Shown here piece after piece: positions 48,871 to 62,082 of a DNA stretch of 64,000 bases (position 1 is its first letter; every line of letters starts with the position of its first letter). The stretch covers positions 25,174,001 to 25,238,000 of the forward strand of contig CM059432.1 of NCBI GenBank assembly GCA_030390025.1. Reading direction: 5' to 3'. The stretch comes from Squalus acanthias (taxonomy: Eukaryota). A program made the translations under genes and the position numbers. A model generated the notes under the pieces. The model did no database searches, had not been told where the DNA came from, and was given only the letters and a program-made list of their open reading frames with translations.

Positions 48871-49419
48871 GGAAGTATAAAAGAGAGCAAAATTAATCAT
48901 TATGCACCATTTTTAATGTAAAAATCCAAAATTTCCTAGAGGAACATGCCCCAAACCACCTATAAATCACTACTGATTTTGCGCTTTCGATTTTTTGATT
49001 TCCCCCTTCAGGATTTTATACACTTATGTTTTTCTTTCCCTCCTCCAAGTGAAGAATGTGCCTTCCTACAGCTTACAGCACGAAGCTTGGTGTAACTAAA
49101 ATTTTTCACATGTTCTTAAGTTGTTGGGGGCTCTGGCTGCTTTTTTGAAGCTGCTGGCCTAGCTTTTGCTATTTTTCCAGGTTGACATGTATGAAGTAAA
49201 ATAGATTTTTAAAAATTTTGCAGTATATATTAGCAGTAGGAAACTGTCATAGTGAAGCATTGGGCTGGGAACGCATGAGGTATTTTTTTTTTTGCAGTCT
49301 TCTAACCAATACATAAAAGAACATGAAGCCCCATTTTTTTTTTACAATTTATTGCAAAAGCAATTGCAGCTGTACTTCAAAAAGGCATTCATAGGAATGG
49401 GACACTCAGAGAGATTGAT

Positions 49420-50160
49420 AACAACAACAAATTGTGTTAATATAGCACCTTCAATGAAAGAAACAGCCCAAAAGTGCTTTGTAAATAGGCATAAGGGAAT
49501 CAGACACTGAGCCATGTAAGGGAGAGATTAGAAGGGGGTGACTGCAAACTGGGTGGAAGACTGGGTCTAGAGAAGCTTTTTAATGATGGGGAGAGAGATA
49601 GAAAGGCAGAGATGTTTAGGGAAGTGTGTTCCAAAAGCGTAGGACCAAGCCAATTTAAACCCCGGCCACCAACAGTGGAGCAAAGGGAGAGGGGATACAC
49701 ACAAGGTCAGAGTCAGTGAAACAGAACATTCGGGAGGGGTTAGAAAGCTAGAGGATATTGCAGATAAGGTGGGGGCATGGCCATGGAGCGACATATAGAT
49801 GAGCATAAGGATTTTAAATCTAATATATTGGGGGACTGGGAGCCAGTGTAGGTCAGTGAGGATGAGATGGATTTGGTGTGAGACAGGATGTGAGCGGCAG
49901 AGTTTTCAACAAACTGGAGATTATGGAGGGTGAATGATGGGAGTCTGACCAGGATGTCATTAGAGTAATCGTTCCTGGAGGTGACAAAGGCATGTATAAG
50001 CTATAATGTATTATATAAATGTAATTTATTTCTTCAAAGCACTTTACATACAATTAATTATTTTAAGGCGCGATGACTATTGTTAGGTGGGTAAAAGCGG
50101 CATCGATTTCGTGCACAGCCAGACCATAAATAGCAATAAGGAGTGATCAGTTAATCTGGG
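49420..50160 (-). mobile_element. Old L2 3' end followed by a degenerate Deu-SINE tail
   Basis: Similar to 16204-16800, then to 35250-35440. Confidence 0.65.
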
Positions 50161-51687
50161 GGAGGGGGAGGGGGGGGTGTTGGTGGTTATATATATGATA
50201 TACCCTAGAGAAATATTGAAGCCAGAGACCAAATCAGCAGCCAAACACAGGTCAGGCAGGTAGGCTCAAGGTCAGCTACTATGTTACTGAGGAAATCAAA
50301 CAGGGTGGCTATGAGTGGGTTGTTCATGACCCGGGGCTTGAAATTGGTTGGGCAAAGCAGAGGCTCATAAATGGGAAAGAGCATCCTGATGGCCCCTTTA
50401 TCAAATAGAAATCCTAGGAATCAAGAACATCCAATAAACAGATGAATAACACCTGAAAATTGGGTGGAAAAACAACATGACGAATGAATCGGGACAACTC
50501 ACACCACAGCATCCACTGGTGTTGGGAATCCTGCAACTACAGTGTCACAGGCAGATAGGCATTTCCATCATAAGAATGTCGACGTATCATTTTGCCATTA
50601 TAAAATGCTAATAAGTTGACATAGAGTTTTGCCATTATACAATGAAGTAAGATTATACGGACATGAAGTGAGCACCATAGAATGAGTTGATTGACTGTGG
50701 AGTTGCATAACTTGATGTCAAGGCCAAGTACAGTCTTCTGGTGAAGCAGGATTAGAGGTCAGAGGATAATTGGATCAAGGCCTGCAGACACACTTTAGTT
50801 CCCATTTTAAAGGTCTGTACTTATTTTTTATGATTTCATTATTAATTCTTTTGTCCACATTTGTAATGGAAACTGCCCTTACAGGCTTGTCATACTATAA
50901 TTGCATACACCTGTCAGTGATAGCACTGCAGCACCTCCACTGGTGAGAGGGCGTAATTACAGCATTACCATTTCCATTATAATTGTGGGCATAGGAATTT
51001 ATGTTGACAAGTTGACAAAAAGTTCGCACAGACATAAGGGGGTAGAAATTGGGCCTTGCTGTGCCCATTTTCCAGGTGGAAAACAAAGGCAAAAAAGATC
51101 AATTTCGGAGTGCAATGTCCCGTGCCCAATCAGAGCCATATTGATGTAAGTAGCTTCACAGGCATTCCAGGTGGCCACCTAAAACAAGCATTAGGCCCCT
51201 TACATATGTAAAATTGGTTGCTGATCAGCAGAGTAGGTACCGGGCCTGCTTCGGTCAGGATTCTTCAGGAGCTTATGCGGCCACCAATGACATGGGAATA
51301 TATATATTTATTTTAAATGTAGCAGTAATCATTGCTGCAGAACTAGGAGCAGCAGGAGTTCTCTCCCAACTCCACAACACTCACGATCATCCCTCCTCAG
51401 AACCGTTACCGTTCCACCCCACCACACCTGCCAGAGACTTAGCGTTGGGCCACTGCAAGGCAAACCACCCGATATTGATTTCTTCAACTGGGCGAGCTGC
51501 CTGTGGATGCACAACACAATTGGGGCACGCGTTGTCAGCACACTGTTGGTTATGGACCCCAAAATGGGCCATAACAGATTTCCACACCAAGATTTTCGAA
51601 CATATTATATGGATAGATATTAGTCCTCCTATCACTTATCTGCAAACATATGAAAAGGGCGAGAAAAGTACCACCTTCCTTCCTCTA

Positions 51688-51825
51688 ATACAAAAGCAAA
51701 ATACTGCGGATGCTGGAAATCTGAAATAAAAACAGAAAATGCTGGAAATACTCAGCAGGTCAGGCAGCATCTGTGGAGAGAGAAACAGGGTAAATGTTTC
51801 AGATCGATGACCCTTCGTCAGAACT
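51688..51825 (-). mobile_element. Penelope-like terminal repeat with hammerhead core
   Basis: Reverse complement of the 56180-56282 terminus; minus strand reads AGTT-CTGACGA-AGGGTCATCGATCT-GAAAC. Confidence 0.75.
51789..51825 (-). ncRNA. Minimal type-I hammerhead ribozyme remnant
   Basis: CUGACGA and GAAA core boxes flank a short stem II; stem III palindrome has decayed (ACGU to ACAU). Confidence 0.55.
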
Positions 51826-52227
51826 TCCTTCCTCTCCCTGGCTGAACTTGTTCTTACATTGAACAACTTTGGCTGCATTTATTTGGAGGACAAGACACAC
51901 CCTACAGTTTGTCTGGAATGTGTAATTTGATCCAGTCATGGTCACAGGCAGGCTCGCCAAGCCAAGCTGATCCAGTGTAGCCATGACAGTGGCATCTACC
52001 TGTTAATGTGGAGGGTCACCTAGAAAAGCAAGATAACTCTCATCCAGCCTTGTATGGCCTGCCCTGTCGACCTCCTCCCAACCATCAATTGAGTGAAATA
52101 ATATAAAATGCTGGAAATGCTCAGCAAGTCAGGCAGCATCTGTGGAGAGAGAAGCAGAGTTAACGTTTCAGGTCGATGACCTTTCAGTTAACTCTGTTTC
52201 TCTTTCTGTAAATGCTGCCTCATTTGC

Positions 52228-54264
52228 ACAGTGTTCAGTGCCATTCGCAACTCCTCAGATAATGAAGCAGTCCATGCCCGCATGCAGCAAGACCTGGACG
52301 ATGTTCAGGCTTGGGCTGATAAGTGGCAGGTAACATTTGCGTCACAAAAGTGCAAGGCAATGACTATCTCCAACAAGCGAGCGTCTAACCACCGCCCCTT
52401 GATATTCAACAGCATTACCATCACCGAATCCCCCACCATCAATATCCTGGGGTTCACCATTGACCAGAAACTTAACTGGACCAGCCACTTAAATACTATG
52501 GCACCAAAATCAGGTCAGAGGCTGGGTATTCTGTGGCGACTGTCTCACCTCCTGACACCCCAAAGCCTTTCCACCATCTACAAGGCACAAGTCAGGAGTG
52601 TGATGTAATACACTCCACTTGCCTGGATGAGTGCAGCTCCAACAACACTCAAGAAGCTTGACACCATCCAAGACAAAGCAGCCCGCTTGATTGGCACCCC
52701 ATCCACCACCTTAAACATTCACTCCCTCCACCACCGGCTTACCGTGGCTGCAGTGTGTACCATCTACAAGATGCACTGCAGCAACTCGCCAAGGCTTCTT
52801 CGGCAGCACCTGCCAAACCCGCGTCCTCTACCACCTAGAAGGACAAGGACAGCAGGCGCATGACAACACTGAAGGGATAATTACTAGTCGAAGCCCCTTT
52901 AGGGCTACCCTGGATCAGGCGTATTCCTCAGACGTTCACTTTCAACTAAAGTTTGAGGTAGCCGAATCCTAAAGACGCTTAATTGGGTCTAAAGGTCCGG
53001 ACTATCTCTCCCTAAAGGAAAGGAACAACCTGAAAATGTTACCGTCCTCCAGATAGCACTTTTAATAAGTTTAGCTAGACTGTAATGTTCCGGATATTAT
53101 GAGGGTCCGGAAAACTCCCTCAGAATTCTGCAACTCCTCACCAAAGAGTGTACAGAAATTGAGTTTGCGAGTTTGATACAGAAGTCTTATGTGAGACAAT
53201 TCTAAAAATATATAGATTTATTAAAGAACCGACATGTATTTTACAGTTGATGAGTCAATTGTAACATTAACAGTTCCAAAAAGAGAAAGCTTACAATTCT
53301 ATTATCAGAGAACCTTACTCTCAAATCTTAACTTTGCTACAGTTTTACAGTTCATAGTTTTCTACAGGATATCCACCAAAATCAAATACCTTTGATCCCC
53401 GAGGCACAAAGAGTTGGAGACTTACAGAGCTGCCTCTGAAGCCGAGAATCGCTTTGTCCCTTTAAAGCGAGTCTACTATCTCATTTGAGAGTTCAATATT
53501 TATACCCTTTTCCAGTGGTATTTCCTTTAAGGTTTTCTGCTGATGTAAGCTAATTATCTCTAATCATTTTTCTGCTGACCCCTGCAATTCTTACAGTCAC
53601 CTCAGCTGGTAGCATTCCCGAATTATGTCTCTTCTCTAGGTGTTCTAAGTTTACCATAAAAAACGGTGTAATGGCAGGTGTGTTTTACTTGATGTCATTT
53701 TTACGAAGGCAGATGTTTCTTACTTTTATGTGCCTCTTTACAAAATGTAAATTAGAACACCTTGTACAGGGTGAACCATTGTTTGATTCCGAAAGGTTCA
53801 GACTACCGGAGCCTTTAACCTTCTGTTTCAATAAGGTTATTGATTCAGTGTCAACAACTATCTTATCTCTATAGCCACAATGCTTTCACAGCTTTTTCAT
53901 AGTTAGGTTTCTAGATTTCCAGACCCAGTTTGTCATGTTTTAATAAGGCCAGAATTCTTTCATAGAATGATGTATTTTTCTGAATAGGTTATATGGCTTA
54001 TTCCTTCACAACACCACCACCTCCAAGTTCCCCTCCACATCGCACACCATCCTGACTTGGAAGTATATCGCCGATCCTTCATCGTCACGGCGTTAAAATC
54101 CTGGGACTCCCTACCTAACAGCACTGTGGGAGTACCTTCACCACACGGACTGCAGCGGTTCAAGAAGGCGGCTCACCACCACCTTCTCAAGGGCAATTAG
54201 TGATGGGCAATAAATGCTGGCTTTGCCAGCGACACCCACATTCGATGAACAAATAAAAAAAATA
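52228..54264 (+). mobile_element. 5'-truncated copy of the tRNA-headed LINE family, interrupted by a solo LTR
   Basis: TSD ATTTGC (52222-52227, 54265-54270); collinear with 6050-6903. Confidence 0.92.
52870..54010 (-). mobile_element. Solo LTR (~1140 bp), possibly foamy-like ERV
   Basis: Terminal inverted repeat TGAAGG(G/A)ATAA; TSD ACAC (end 54010) or CAACAC (end 54008); minus-strand TATAAATA at 53504-53497, GTAAGT at 53425, AATAAA at 53222-53217. Confidence 0.8.
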
Positions 54265-54849
54265 ATTTGCTGAGTGTTTCCAGCAATTTATAACAGAATT
54301 CCAACATCTGCAGTATTTTGTTTTTGAATCAGCAGAGTGACAGTAGGAACAGCAATGGTGCCATCAGGCAACACCTGCTCAGCTGTTCACCAATGCTAAG
54401 TTCGAGGAGCGGGAGAACGTAGTGCAGGTGTAATGGTGTGGGGTTGGAAGAACATGATCCATATCTAACAGAGGGGGGAGAATGTGATCCGTCTTCCCAT
54501 CTGGATCACGTTCTCACTCTCATCCCCGCTCCTTTAGATATAGATCATGTTCTTCCACCAACCCCACTGTTCACTCCGTGCTTCTCCCCCCACCACAAGT
54601 TCCTAACTTCCCCCCACCGAGTTCCTGACCTTTTCCCTTCCCTTCTCCTGACCTTCTTCTCCCCTCCGATCCCCTGTTCTCTCCCCCACCCCCCTCCAAT
54701 CCCCTCTCCTCTCCCCGATCGATCACCTGACCTTCTCCATGCAAAAACGGTTGGCAACAGGGAGGAAATGTGGTTCAGGCCGCAGCCCTGCACGGTTGGA
54801 TCATCATGTGCACATGCGCAGCCGCAACATTGGGATATGTGGAATATCC

Positions 54850-56282
54850 TTTATTCCAGTTCTACTCAGGTCCCCTTCCTCACCTCTTTTCCAGTACATT
54901 GATGACTATGTCAGTGCCGCTTTCTGCTCTCGCCCCGAACTGGAAAATTACATCAACTTTATTTCCAATTTCCACATCTCCCTCGCCTTCACATGATCCA
55001 TCTCCGACTCTTCCCTTCCCTTCCTCGACTTCTCTAAATCTATTTCGGGGGATAAGCTGACAACCAAAGTCGACTAGAAGCCCACCGACTTCCACAGCTA
55101 CCTCGATTAAATTTCCTCCCACCCTACTTCCTGTATCCCATTCTCCCAGTTTCTCTGTCTCCATTGTATCTGTTCTGACGATGCCACCCTCCACACCAGT
55201 GCTTCCGATATGTCTTCCTTTTTTCACAACTGATGATTCCCCTGCACTGCGGTAGATTGGGCCCTTGACCATGCGCATCCCATTTCCCGCACTTCTGCCC
55301 TCACCCCTTCCTCTCCCTCCCAGAACTGCAATAGGGTCCCCCTTGTCCCCACTGGCCTCAACATTCAACACATCATACTCCACCATTTCCGCCACTCCAG
55401 TATGATGCCATCCCCAAACACATTTTCCCGTCCCCTTTAAGAATTCTGAAGTACCGTTCCATCTGCAACACCCTGGTCCACTTTTCCATCACTCCTAACA
55501 CCGCATCCCCTTCCCCCAACACCTTCCCATGCAAGCGCAGGAGATGCAACCTGCTCTTTCACCTCCTCCCTTCCCACCGTCTAGGGTCCCAAACACAGCT
55601 TTCAGGTGAAACAGCGATTTACTTGCACTTCTTTCAATTTAGTATATTGTATTCGCTGCTCATGATGCGGTCTCCTCTAGTTGGGGAAACCAAATGCAGG
55701 TGGGGTGATCGCTTTGCTGAACACTTCCATTCAGTCCGCAAGCGTGACTCCGAGCTTCCGGTCGCATGTCATTTTAATTCTCATCCCACTCCCACTCTGA
55801 CCACAGCCTCTTACACTGTTCCAATGAAGCTCAACGGAAACTCGAGGACCAGCACCTCATCTTTCGATTAGGCGTTTTACAGCCTTCTGGAATCAACATT
55901 GAGTTCAACAATTTCAGATCATAACCATTGCTACCATTTTTTCAGACAGCAGGTGCTGTTAATGGTTCTGTTGATGCTATTTACAGCTCCTCTAGGCCCA
56001 TCTTTTGTTTCTTTACTTGTCCCATTACCACCCCCTTTTGCCTTGCACCATTATCCCTTTTGTCATTTAATCACTCCTGCCCTCCACCCTATCATAGTCC
56101 TTCCCTTTTGGTCTGTCCTCCCCATTTTCCTCCTTTTCCCTGGCTCTACTAGCTTATAAACCGTTCAATTTCTTAACTTCTTCCAGTTTGATGAACTGTC
56201 ATCGACCTGAAACGTTAACGCTGTTTCTCTCTTCACCGTGCTGCCTGACCTGCTAAATATTTCCAGCTTTTTCTGTTTTTAT
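54850..56282 (+). mobile_element. Penelope-like element (RT + GIY-YIG endonuclease), degenerate, 5'-truncated
   Basis: FQYIDD, SLPFLD, KPTDFHSYLD, VGETKCR.GDRFAEH..PVACHFNS; terminal repeat with hammerhead remnant at ~56184-56220. Confidence 0.88.
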
Positions 56283-56954
56283 AGCAGGGTTAGCAAACCA
56301 CCTGACTCAGCTGATGGTGCAACCCTGCACACAATCCACCCACTCCGTAGCAATGCTCACTTCAGGGAAAAGGTACAAAAAACTGCAGCCTGTTCAAGAT
56401 AGCTCTCTGGAATATTTCTCTCTGGCTATCAAAAGCAATGAAGCAAGCTCCAGGAGAATATAATTGGCCATGACATCACATTCTATGTCAACTAGCAACT
56501 TATCACCTATAACTGAAAATGTTTTCTTCTTTCAGGAACTTGTCGTGGCCCCACACTCACCACAGGACTTTGTTAAATTAAATGAATGTTTAAAATTCAG
56601 TCTGAAGCAATGCCCATGGTGGATTCTATTTCTAAATCCAGCCTTGTAGTTCTGAAAGTGGACTAGGTCCCGTGAGAGAATGTTATAGCACTGTTACCTG
56701 AAAGGTCTGTCATACATCTCTCGCAGTTCAAACACTGCACCAGCAGATGCTACTTCGAGTGTTGCAGACAATATCCTGGAGACAAAAATCTACCACCAAT
56801 GACAAACATGACAACTCCTATTCCCTGACATAACTTATTATGGACTGATGCAAAATGTTTAGGCGTATGACTCCAGAAGTGTGTTGGCGAGTTTATCACC
56901 AAGCACTAACAAGACCAAAGAGTAATTCAACAGGAATCAACATCAATCAATCAT

Positions 56955-58550
56955 TGGAACATAGGATTGTACATGACTAGAAAGGGCTATTGTGTTCCAT
57001 TTGGCTTGTTCCAGTGTCTACAAAATATTCTCATACACCTCTATCAAATTTTTCACCAGATACTTAACCAACACTCTCTTGTATTTCCTGGTGTCTTGCC
57101 TCCTTTCCCCTTCTAAGTTTGAGGCGATACCCGTAAACTAAGTTAAACATTTATTTTATCTATACTCTAGGATCTTGAATAAGCCATAAGATCACCTCAG
57201 AGCTCTTTCTTCTCCAGCGTGAACAATCCCAACTTTTACAGCTCTCCTCATAACTCGGGTGCCTAATCCTAGTTATCAATTTAGTTGCCTGACCAATGTT
57301 CTTCTCAATCTTCCTTGCTGCAGTGCTCCATCTCACCCTCACTAAGCTCCCTGCTGGAGTGGAGCTAATTTACAGAACAAATGGGAAACTGTTCAACCTC
57401 TGTCGCCTCCAATCCAGATCCAAGGTCGTCCCATCCTCTGTCGTCGAATTACAGTATGCAGACGACGCTTGCGTCTGCGCACACTCGGAGGTCGAACTCC
57501 AAACCATCGTCAACACCTTCACCGAAGCGTACGAGAGCATGGGCCTTACACTAAACATCCGTAAGACAAAGGTCCTCTACCAACCTGCCCCCGCCACACA
57601 GTACTGCCCCCCCCAATTATCAAAATCCATGATAAGGCCTTGGACAACGTGGACCACTTTCCATACCTCAGGAGCCTACTGTCAACAAGGGCAGATGTCG
57701 ATGACGAAGTCCAACACCGCCTTCAGTGTGCCAGTGCAGCCTTCGGTCGCCTGAGGAAGAGAGTGTTTGAAGACCAGGACCTCAAATCCGGCGCCAAACT
57801 CATGGTCTACAGAGCTGCAGTGATACCCGCCCTCCTGTATGCCTCAGAGACATGGACCATGTACAGCAGGCACCTCAAAGAGGTAGCACCAACGCTGCCT
57901 CCGCAAGATCCTGCAAATCCATTGGCAGGATAGGCGCACCAACATCAGTGTTCTCGCTCAGGCCAACATCCCCAGCGTCGAAGCTTTGACCACGCTCGAT
58001 CAGCTCCGACGGACGGGTCACATCGTCCGCATCCCCGATACGAGACTCCCAAAACAAGCGCTCTACTTGGAGCTCCGACACGGCAAGAGAGCCCCAGGTG
58101 GGCAGAGGAAACGCTTCAAGGACACCCTCAAAGCCTCCTTGAAAAAGTGCAACATCCCCACTGACACCTGGAATCCCAGGCCCAAGACCGCACAAAGTGG
58201 AGGAGAAGCATCCGGGAAGGCGCCGAACACCTCGAGTCTCTCCGCTGGGAGCAAGCGGAAGCCAAGCGCAGGCAGCGCAAGGAGCGCACGTCAACCCAAG
58301 CACCCCACCCACCCGCCCCTTCAACCACCGTCTGCCCCACCTGTGACAGAGACTGTAGGTCCCGCATTGGACTCATCAGTCACCTGATAACTCGTTTTTA
58401 ATGTGGAAGCAAGTCATCCTCGGTTCCAAGGGACTGCCTAAGAAGAAGAAGGAGAAGAAGAATCCTAGTTATCAATTTAGTTGCCTGACCAATTTATTCT
58501 TTTTGCTGAAGTATCTTTGTGCAGTGTGTGTGATTTAGAAATTAAAGATT
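56955..58550 (-). mobile_element. Old CR1 3' fragment hosting an RTE insertion
   Basis: Minus-strand ATKLI..PSYEE..L..F.LE.R.L.GDL similarity. Confidence 0.5.
57298..58460 (+). mobile_element. RTE LINE, 5'-truncated, same family as 18255
   Basis: LQYADD; CPTC..HL motif; (GAA)n tail; 33-bp direct repeat flanks (57265-57297, 58461-58493). Confidence 0.95.
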
Positions 58551-59044
58551 AGCAAATTATATATCCCAACTACAGAATGATCACGTCTTCTGTTGATGGG
58601 TTCAGTAATACTTTATTTAATTCAACAGGAGGAACATCAGTGCATTGCAGTGCGGATTGAGTCTGACACCAAGGCCTAAAGTTCAATTGTTGGAAATCTA
58701 AACATGCTACATGCCAAATTCAGTTTACATTTTCTGTCACTCCATGTGTTATTTTTCTTTCCCTCTTGAAGTCAAGCTAATAACTTACGAAAGTACTTCT
58801 CTCTTACTTCCCCTCATTGTTTCTTTTTCTGCCTCCTTTGCTATCTCTCTGTGTGTCTTTCTCTCATTATCTTTCTGTCTCTCCCCCTCTTTCTCTCACT
58901 ATCTCGCCGTCCCGTTTTGTGTGTCTCTGTCCCCATTTCTCTCTGTCTCTCTTTTTTTGTGTACAGAGAAACATGGACCTAAAGTCTTTTGGCCCTTAAT
59001 GTCCTATTTAAACTTTAAGCAACCCATTAACAAAATTCACTAAC

Positions 59045-60172
59045 TTTCAGACAGGATGTTTGAACTAGGCCCCACTTGCCTGTTCCAGTGAATGTAGAAA
59101 GATCCCAAGGCACTATGTGAAGAAGAGCGAAGAGTTGTCCTGGTTGACACTCCTCTCTCAACTACCACCACCACCAAAAAACAAATTATCTGATCATTCA
59201 TTCATATAGAAAGTAGAATAGTAAGTTCCCCCAGTGTCCTGCTCAGCATTTATTCCTCAACCAACATCATCAAAAGCGAAATAACTCATTTATCACATTT
59301 GCTATTAGTAGGACCTTGCTGTGCACGAATTGGCTAATGGGCCGGATTTTGCGACCCCTACGGGTGTGTACGAGGTGCGTACGCGCCCGTAGGGGCCGCG
59401 CAAGTGTCGGTTTCAGGCATGCGAAGCGCAAGCGCTGAAACCCGGCACTTGCGATCTGTCACGAATTCTCCTGACAGATCATCCGCATGCCCAAGAAAAG
59501 TGCCTCTGCGGGTGGAGAGTTGCGCTTTTTGCTCAACTTCCGCCCGCTGAATGACTGTCAAATTCTTACGCCTGGTAACAGCAGGCATAAGGCCTGCTTT
59601 TACCAGCATAAGAGTTTAAAATAACATAAAAATACATTTTTTTCAATCATTTAAACATTAACAAACCTGTGCAATAAGGTAAGGTTTTTTTAGTCCCTTT
59701 AAAACATTTAAATTTATTTTTCAAAAAATTACATTTTTGTTTAAAATATTTAATTAAATGGCATTTTAATTAATTTTATATATGTAATGGTTTTTCTTTA
59801 TTTATTTCAGTGTGTTGGTGCATTTTTGCGTACGGACCTGTCAAAAGTATGAAGGTGGAATCCCTTCTTCCATTGGTTCGCCTGGCCCACGTGATCCCAG
59901 GGGCGCTTGCGAACCGCATGCGTCCCTGGGATACCTGGGCCTCTGCGCATTTCGAATGGGAGAAGCCCAGGATCACAAGCCTCGGGATCTACGGAACCAG
60001 CAGGCAGGTAGATTTTTTTCCGATCGGAGGTATCCGCCTGCAGGAAGCCTCCGATCGGAAATTCAGGGCCAATGTGTGTTGGCTCTAAAACAACAATAAC
60101 TACTGCAAAACATTAATGAGTGAAATAGGTTGTGAAGCACCTGAGGACGTCCAAATACAAGTTCCCTCTTTC
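59045..60172 (+). mobile_element. Degenerate Deu-SINE(s) interrupted by a MITE
   Basis: GATCCCAAGGCACT..GAAGAGC core; the tail resumes after 60073. Confidence 0.65.
59339..60070. mobile_element. Hairpin-rich MITE with Harbinger-type ends
   Basis: TIRs GGGCCGGATTTTGCG / CGGAAATTCAGGGCC (11/15); TSD AAT; GC-rich palindromic arms around an AT-rich centre. Confidence 0.85.
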
Positions 60173-60924
60173 TTATAATATTCTGTTTCCTGTTAATAAT
60201 ATGATTATAGAAAAAAATGAACAAAGAAAATCTTGCTCAGGATTAAAATTTTAAAGATGGACGTAAATGATTTACTACAGTAATCAAAATCTCTTTGTCA
60301 CTGATAATCTTTAAAAAAATCTAAGCCTTTCTTCTTTACTCATTCGGCAGTCTGAGTGATGTACTTTGCTGAGCGAACTGTTTAGCAGTTAGCTGCACTT
60401 GCAGTGAAGTGGGTTATCCGGGAGTAAGTGGCATTTACAGCTCACTTCAATCACAGTAATCTGCCCCTTGAAATTTTCCTGGAATTCTTCTGCGTTTTTT
60501 AGAAGATTAGGGCTTTCAACATTTGAAGTGCCCTTATCAGTCAGCCGCAGTGATGGCTTTGTGGGATGGTTGGCTGCACAGTAAAAAGCCATTGCGTTGA
60601 AGAATTAAAAAAAGCTCCTCAGTTCCCAAACACTGGGCTTTTTCTTATCACACAGTCTGCCTTCAGCAGTGCCATTTTATTTTGAAGAAAAAAGTTTTGA
60701 ACACGCTTGGCTGAAAGAAGAATATGTCTCAATTGATGATGAGTTTTGACTCTCATGTTCAGCCTGCTTTGTGCGCCACACAGCCACCTGTGTTATTTTT
60801 AATAGTCTGTACGCTGAATAAATAGGACAGGAGGTCAGCTGAATGTAACTGAAAGAGCAGGGAGGGAATGGATTCAAGGCTCTGCTACCTGTGTTTAGGT
60901 CTCTCTCGTTCTCCCACTTTTTAA

Positions 60925-61635
60925 TAAGAACACAAGAAATAGGAGCAGGAGTAGGTCATTCGGCCCTTCAAGCCTGCTCCGCCATTCAATATGATCATGG
61001 CTGATATTCTACCTCAACTCCACCTTCCAACACTATCCCCATATCCCTTGGTTCCCTTAGTATACAAAAATCTATCAATCTCTGTCTTGAATATACTTAA
61101 CGACTGAGCATCCACAGCCTTCTGGGGTGAAGAATTCCAAAGATTCACAACCCTTTGAGTGAAGAAATTTCTCCTAATCTCAGTCCTGAGTCTGTGACCC
61201 CTAGTTCTCGCCTCCCCAGCAAGGGGAAACATCCTCCTAGCATCTACCCTGTCAAGCCCCTTAAGAATTTTATACGTTTCAATGAGATCACCTCTCATTC
61301 TTCTAAACTCTAGGGAATATAGGCCTAGTCTGCTAAATCTCTGCTCATAGGACATAGAAACATAGAAAAATAGGAGCAGGAGTAATCCATTCGGCCCTTC
61401 GAGCCTGCTCCGCCATTCAATATGATCATGGCTGATCCTCTATCTCAATACCATATTCCCGCTCTCTCCCCATAACCCTTGATGCCTTTTGTGTCTAGAA
61501 ATCTATCTATCTCCTTCTTAAATATATTCAGTGACTTGGCCTCCACAGCCTTCTGTGGTAGAGAATTCCACAGGTTCACCACCCTAACTCCCCATCCCAG
61601 GAATCAGCCTAGTGAATCTTCGTTGCACTCTGCTT
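60925..61635 (-). mobile_element. Two tandem CR1 3' ends (60925-61352; 61353-61635)
   Basis: MSYEQRFSRLGLYSLE..KGYGDSVGRWS*; two 3' UTRs and tails. Confidence 0.9.
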
Positions 61636-62082
61636 TTCCTTTTTTCAGTTCTTCCTTCACTCTCTCTCTCCCTTTTAATCTGTTCTTCCTTTTCTCCTTA
61701 TTTATCATTTTCTGTTTTCCTTTTCTGTTTGGTAAAGAAATAAAGAAACACTTGTATTTGTATGGTGTCTTGTCACACCAAAGCACCTCAGATGGCTCCG
61801 CACAAAGGAGGTCAGATTCCGCATTCCAGCTCTGGATGGAAACCTTCAGTCACTGTGAACAATTTTCTGCTCATTTAAAATAATGGCTGGGAAATCATAT
61901 GTATCACACGGCTGAATTTCTGATATGTGCCAGACGCATCGAAGTTCCCTCCGAAGCATGTGAATTTGGAAATTTATCTCTCAGAACTGATATTTGGAGT
62001 CCAGTGATTGTTATTAATGTAGTCAAATTTCCCTCATAAATTCTTGTTAACCTCGTTTGCCCCTCTATTCTGCTGTCACTTT

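Larger units (their letters stand above)
52100..54325. mobile_element. Inverted pair of Penelope termini (52100-52227 + 54271-54325) split by a LINE
   Basis: Minus arm ..GCAGCATCTGTGGAGAG.. faces plus arm AACTCTGTTTCTC..GCTGCC|..TGAGTGTTTCCAGC. Confidence 0.65.
51038..54450 (+). mobile_element. Very degenerate Harbinger element hosting Penelope, LINE and LTR insertions
   Basis: TIR-like GGGGGTAGAAATTGG at 51038; faint 'PGS.HDS.I' remnant near 51965-51995. Confidence 0.35.

Noticed and set aside
51214..51729. 171-aa ORF
   Set aside because: Runs across degenerate transposon and Penelope fragments; no coherent protein.
60389..60877. Possible host exons (minus ORFs; plus-strand acceptor at 60655 giving ..FYFEEKSFEHAWLKEEY..*)
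   Set aside because: No recognisable protein and no partner exons; insufficient support.
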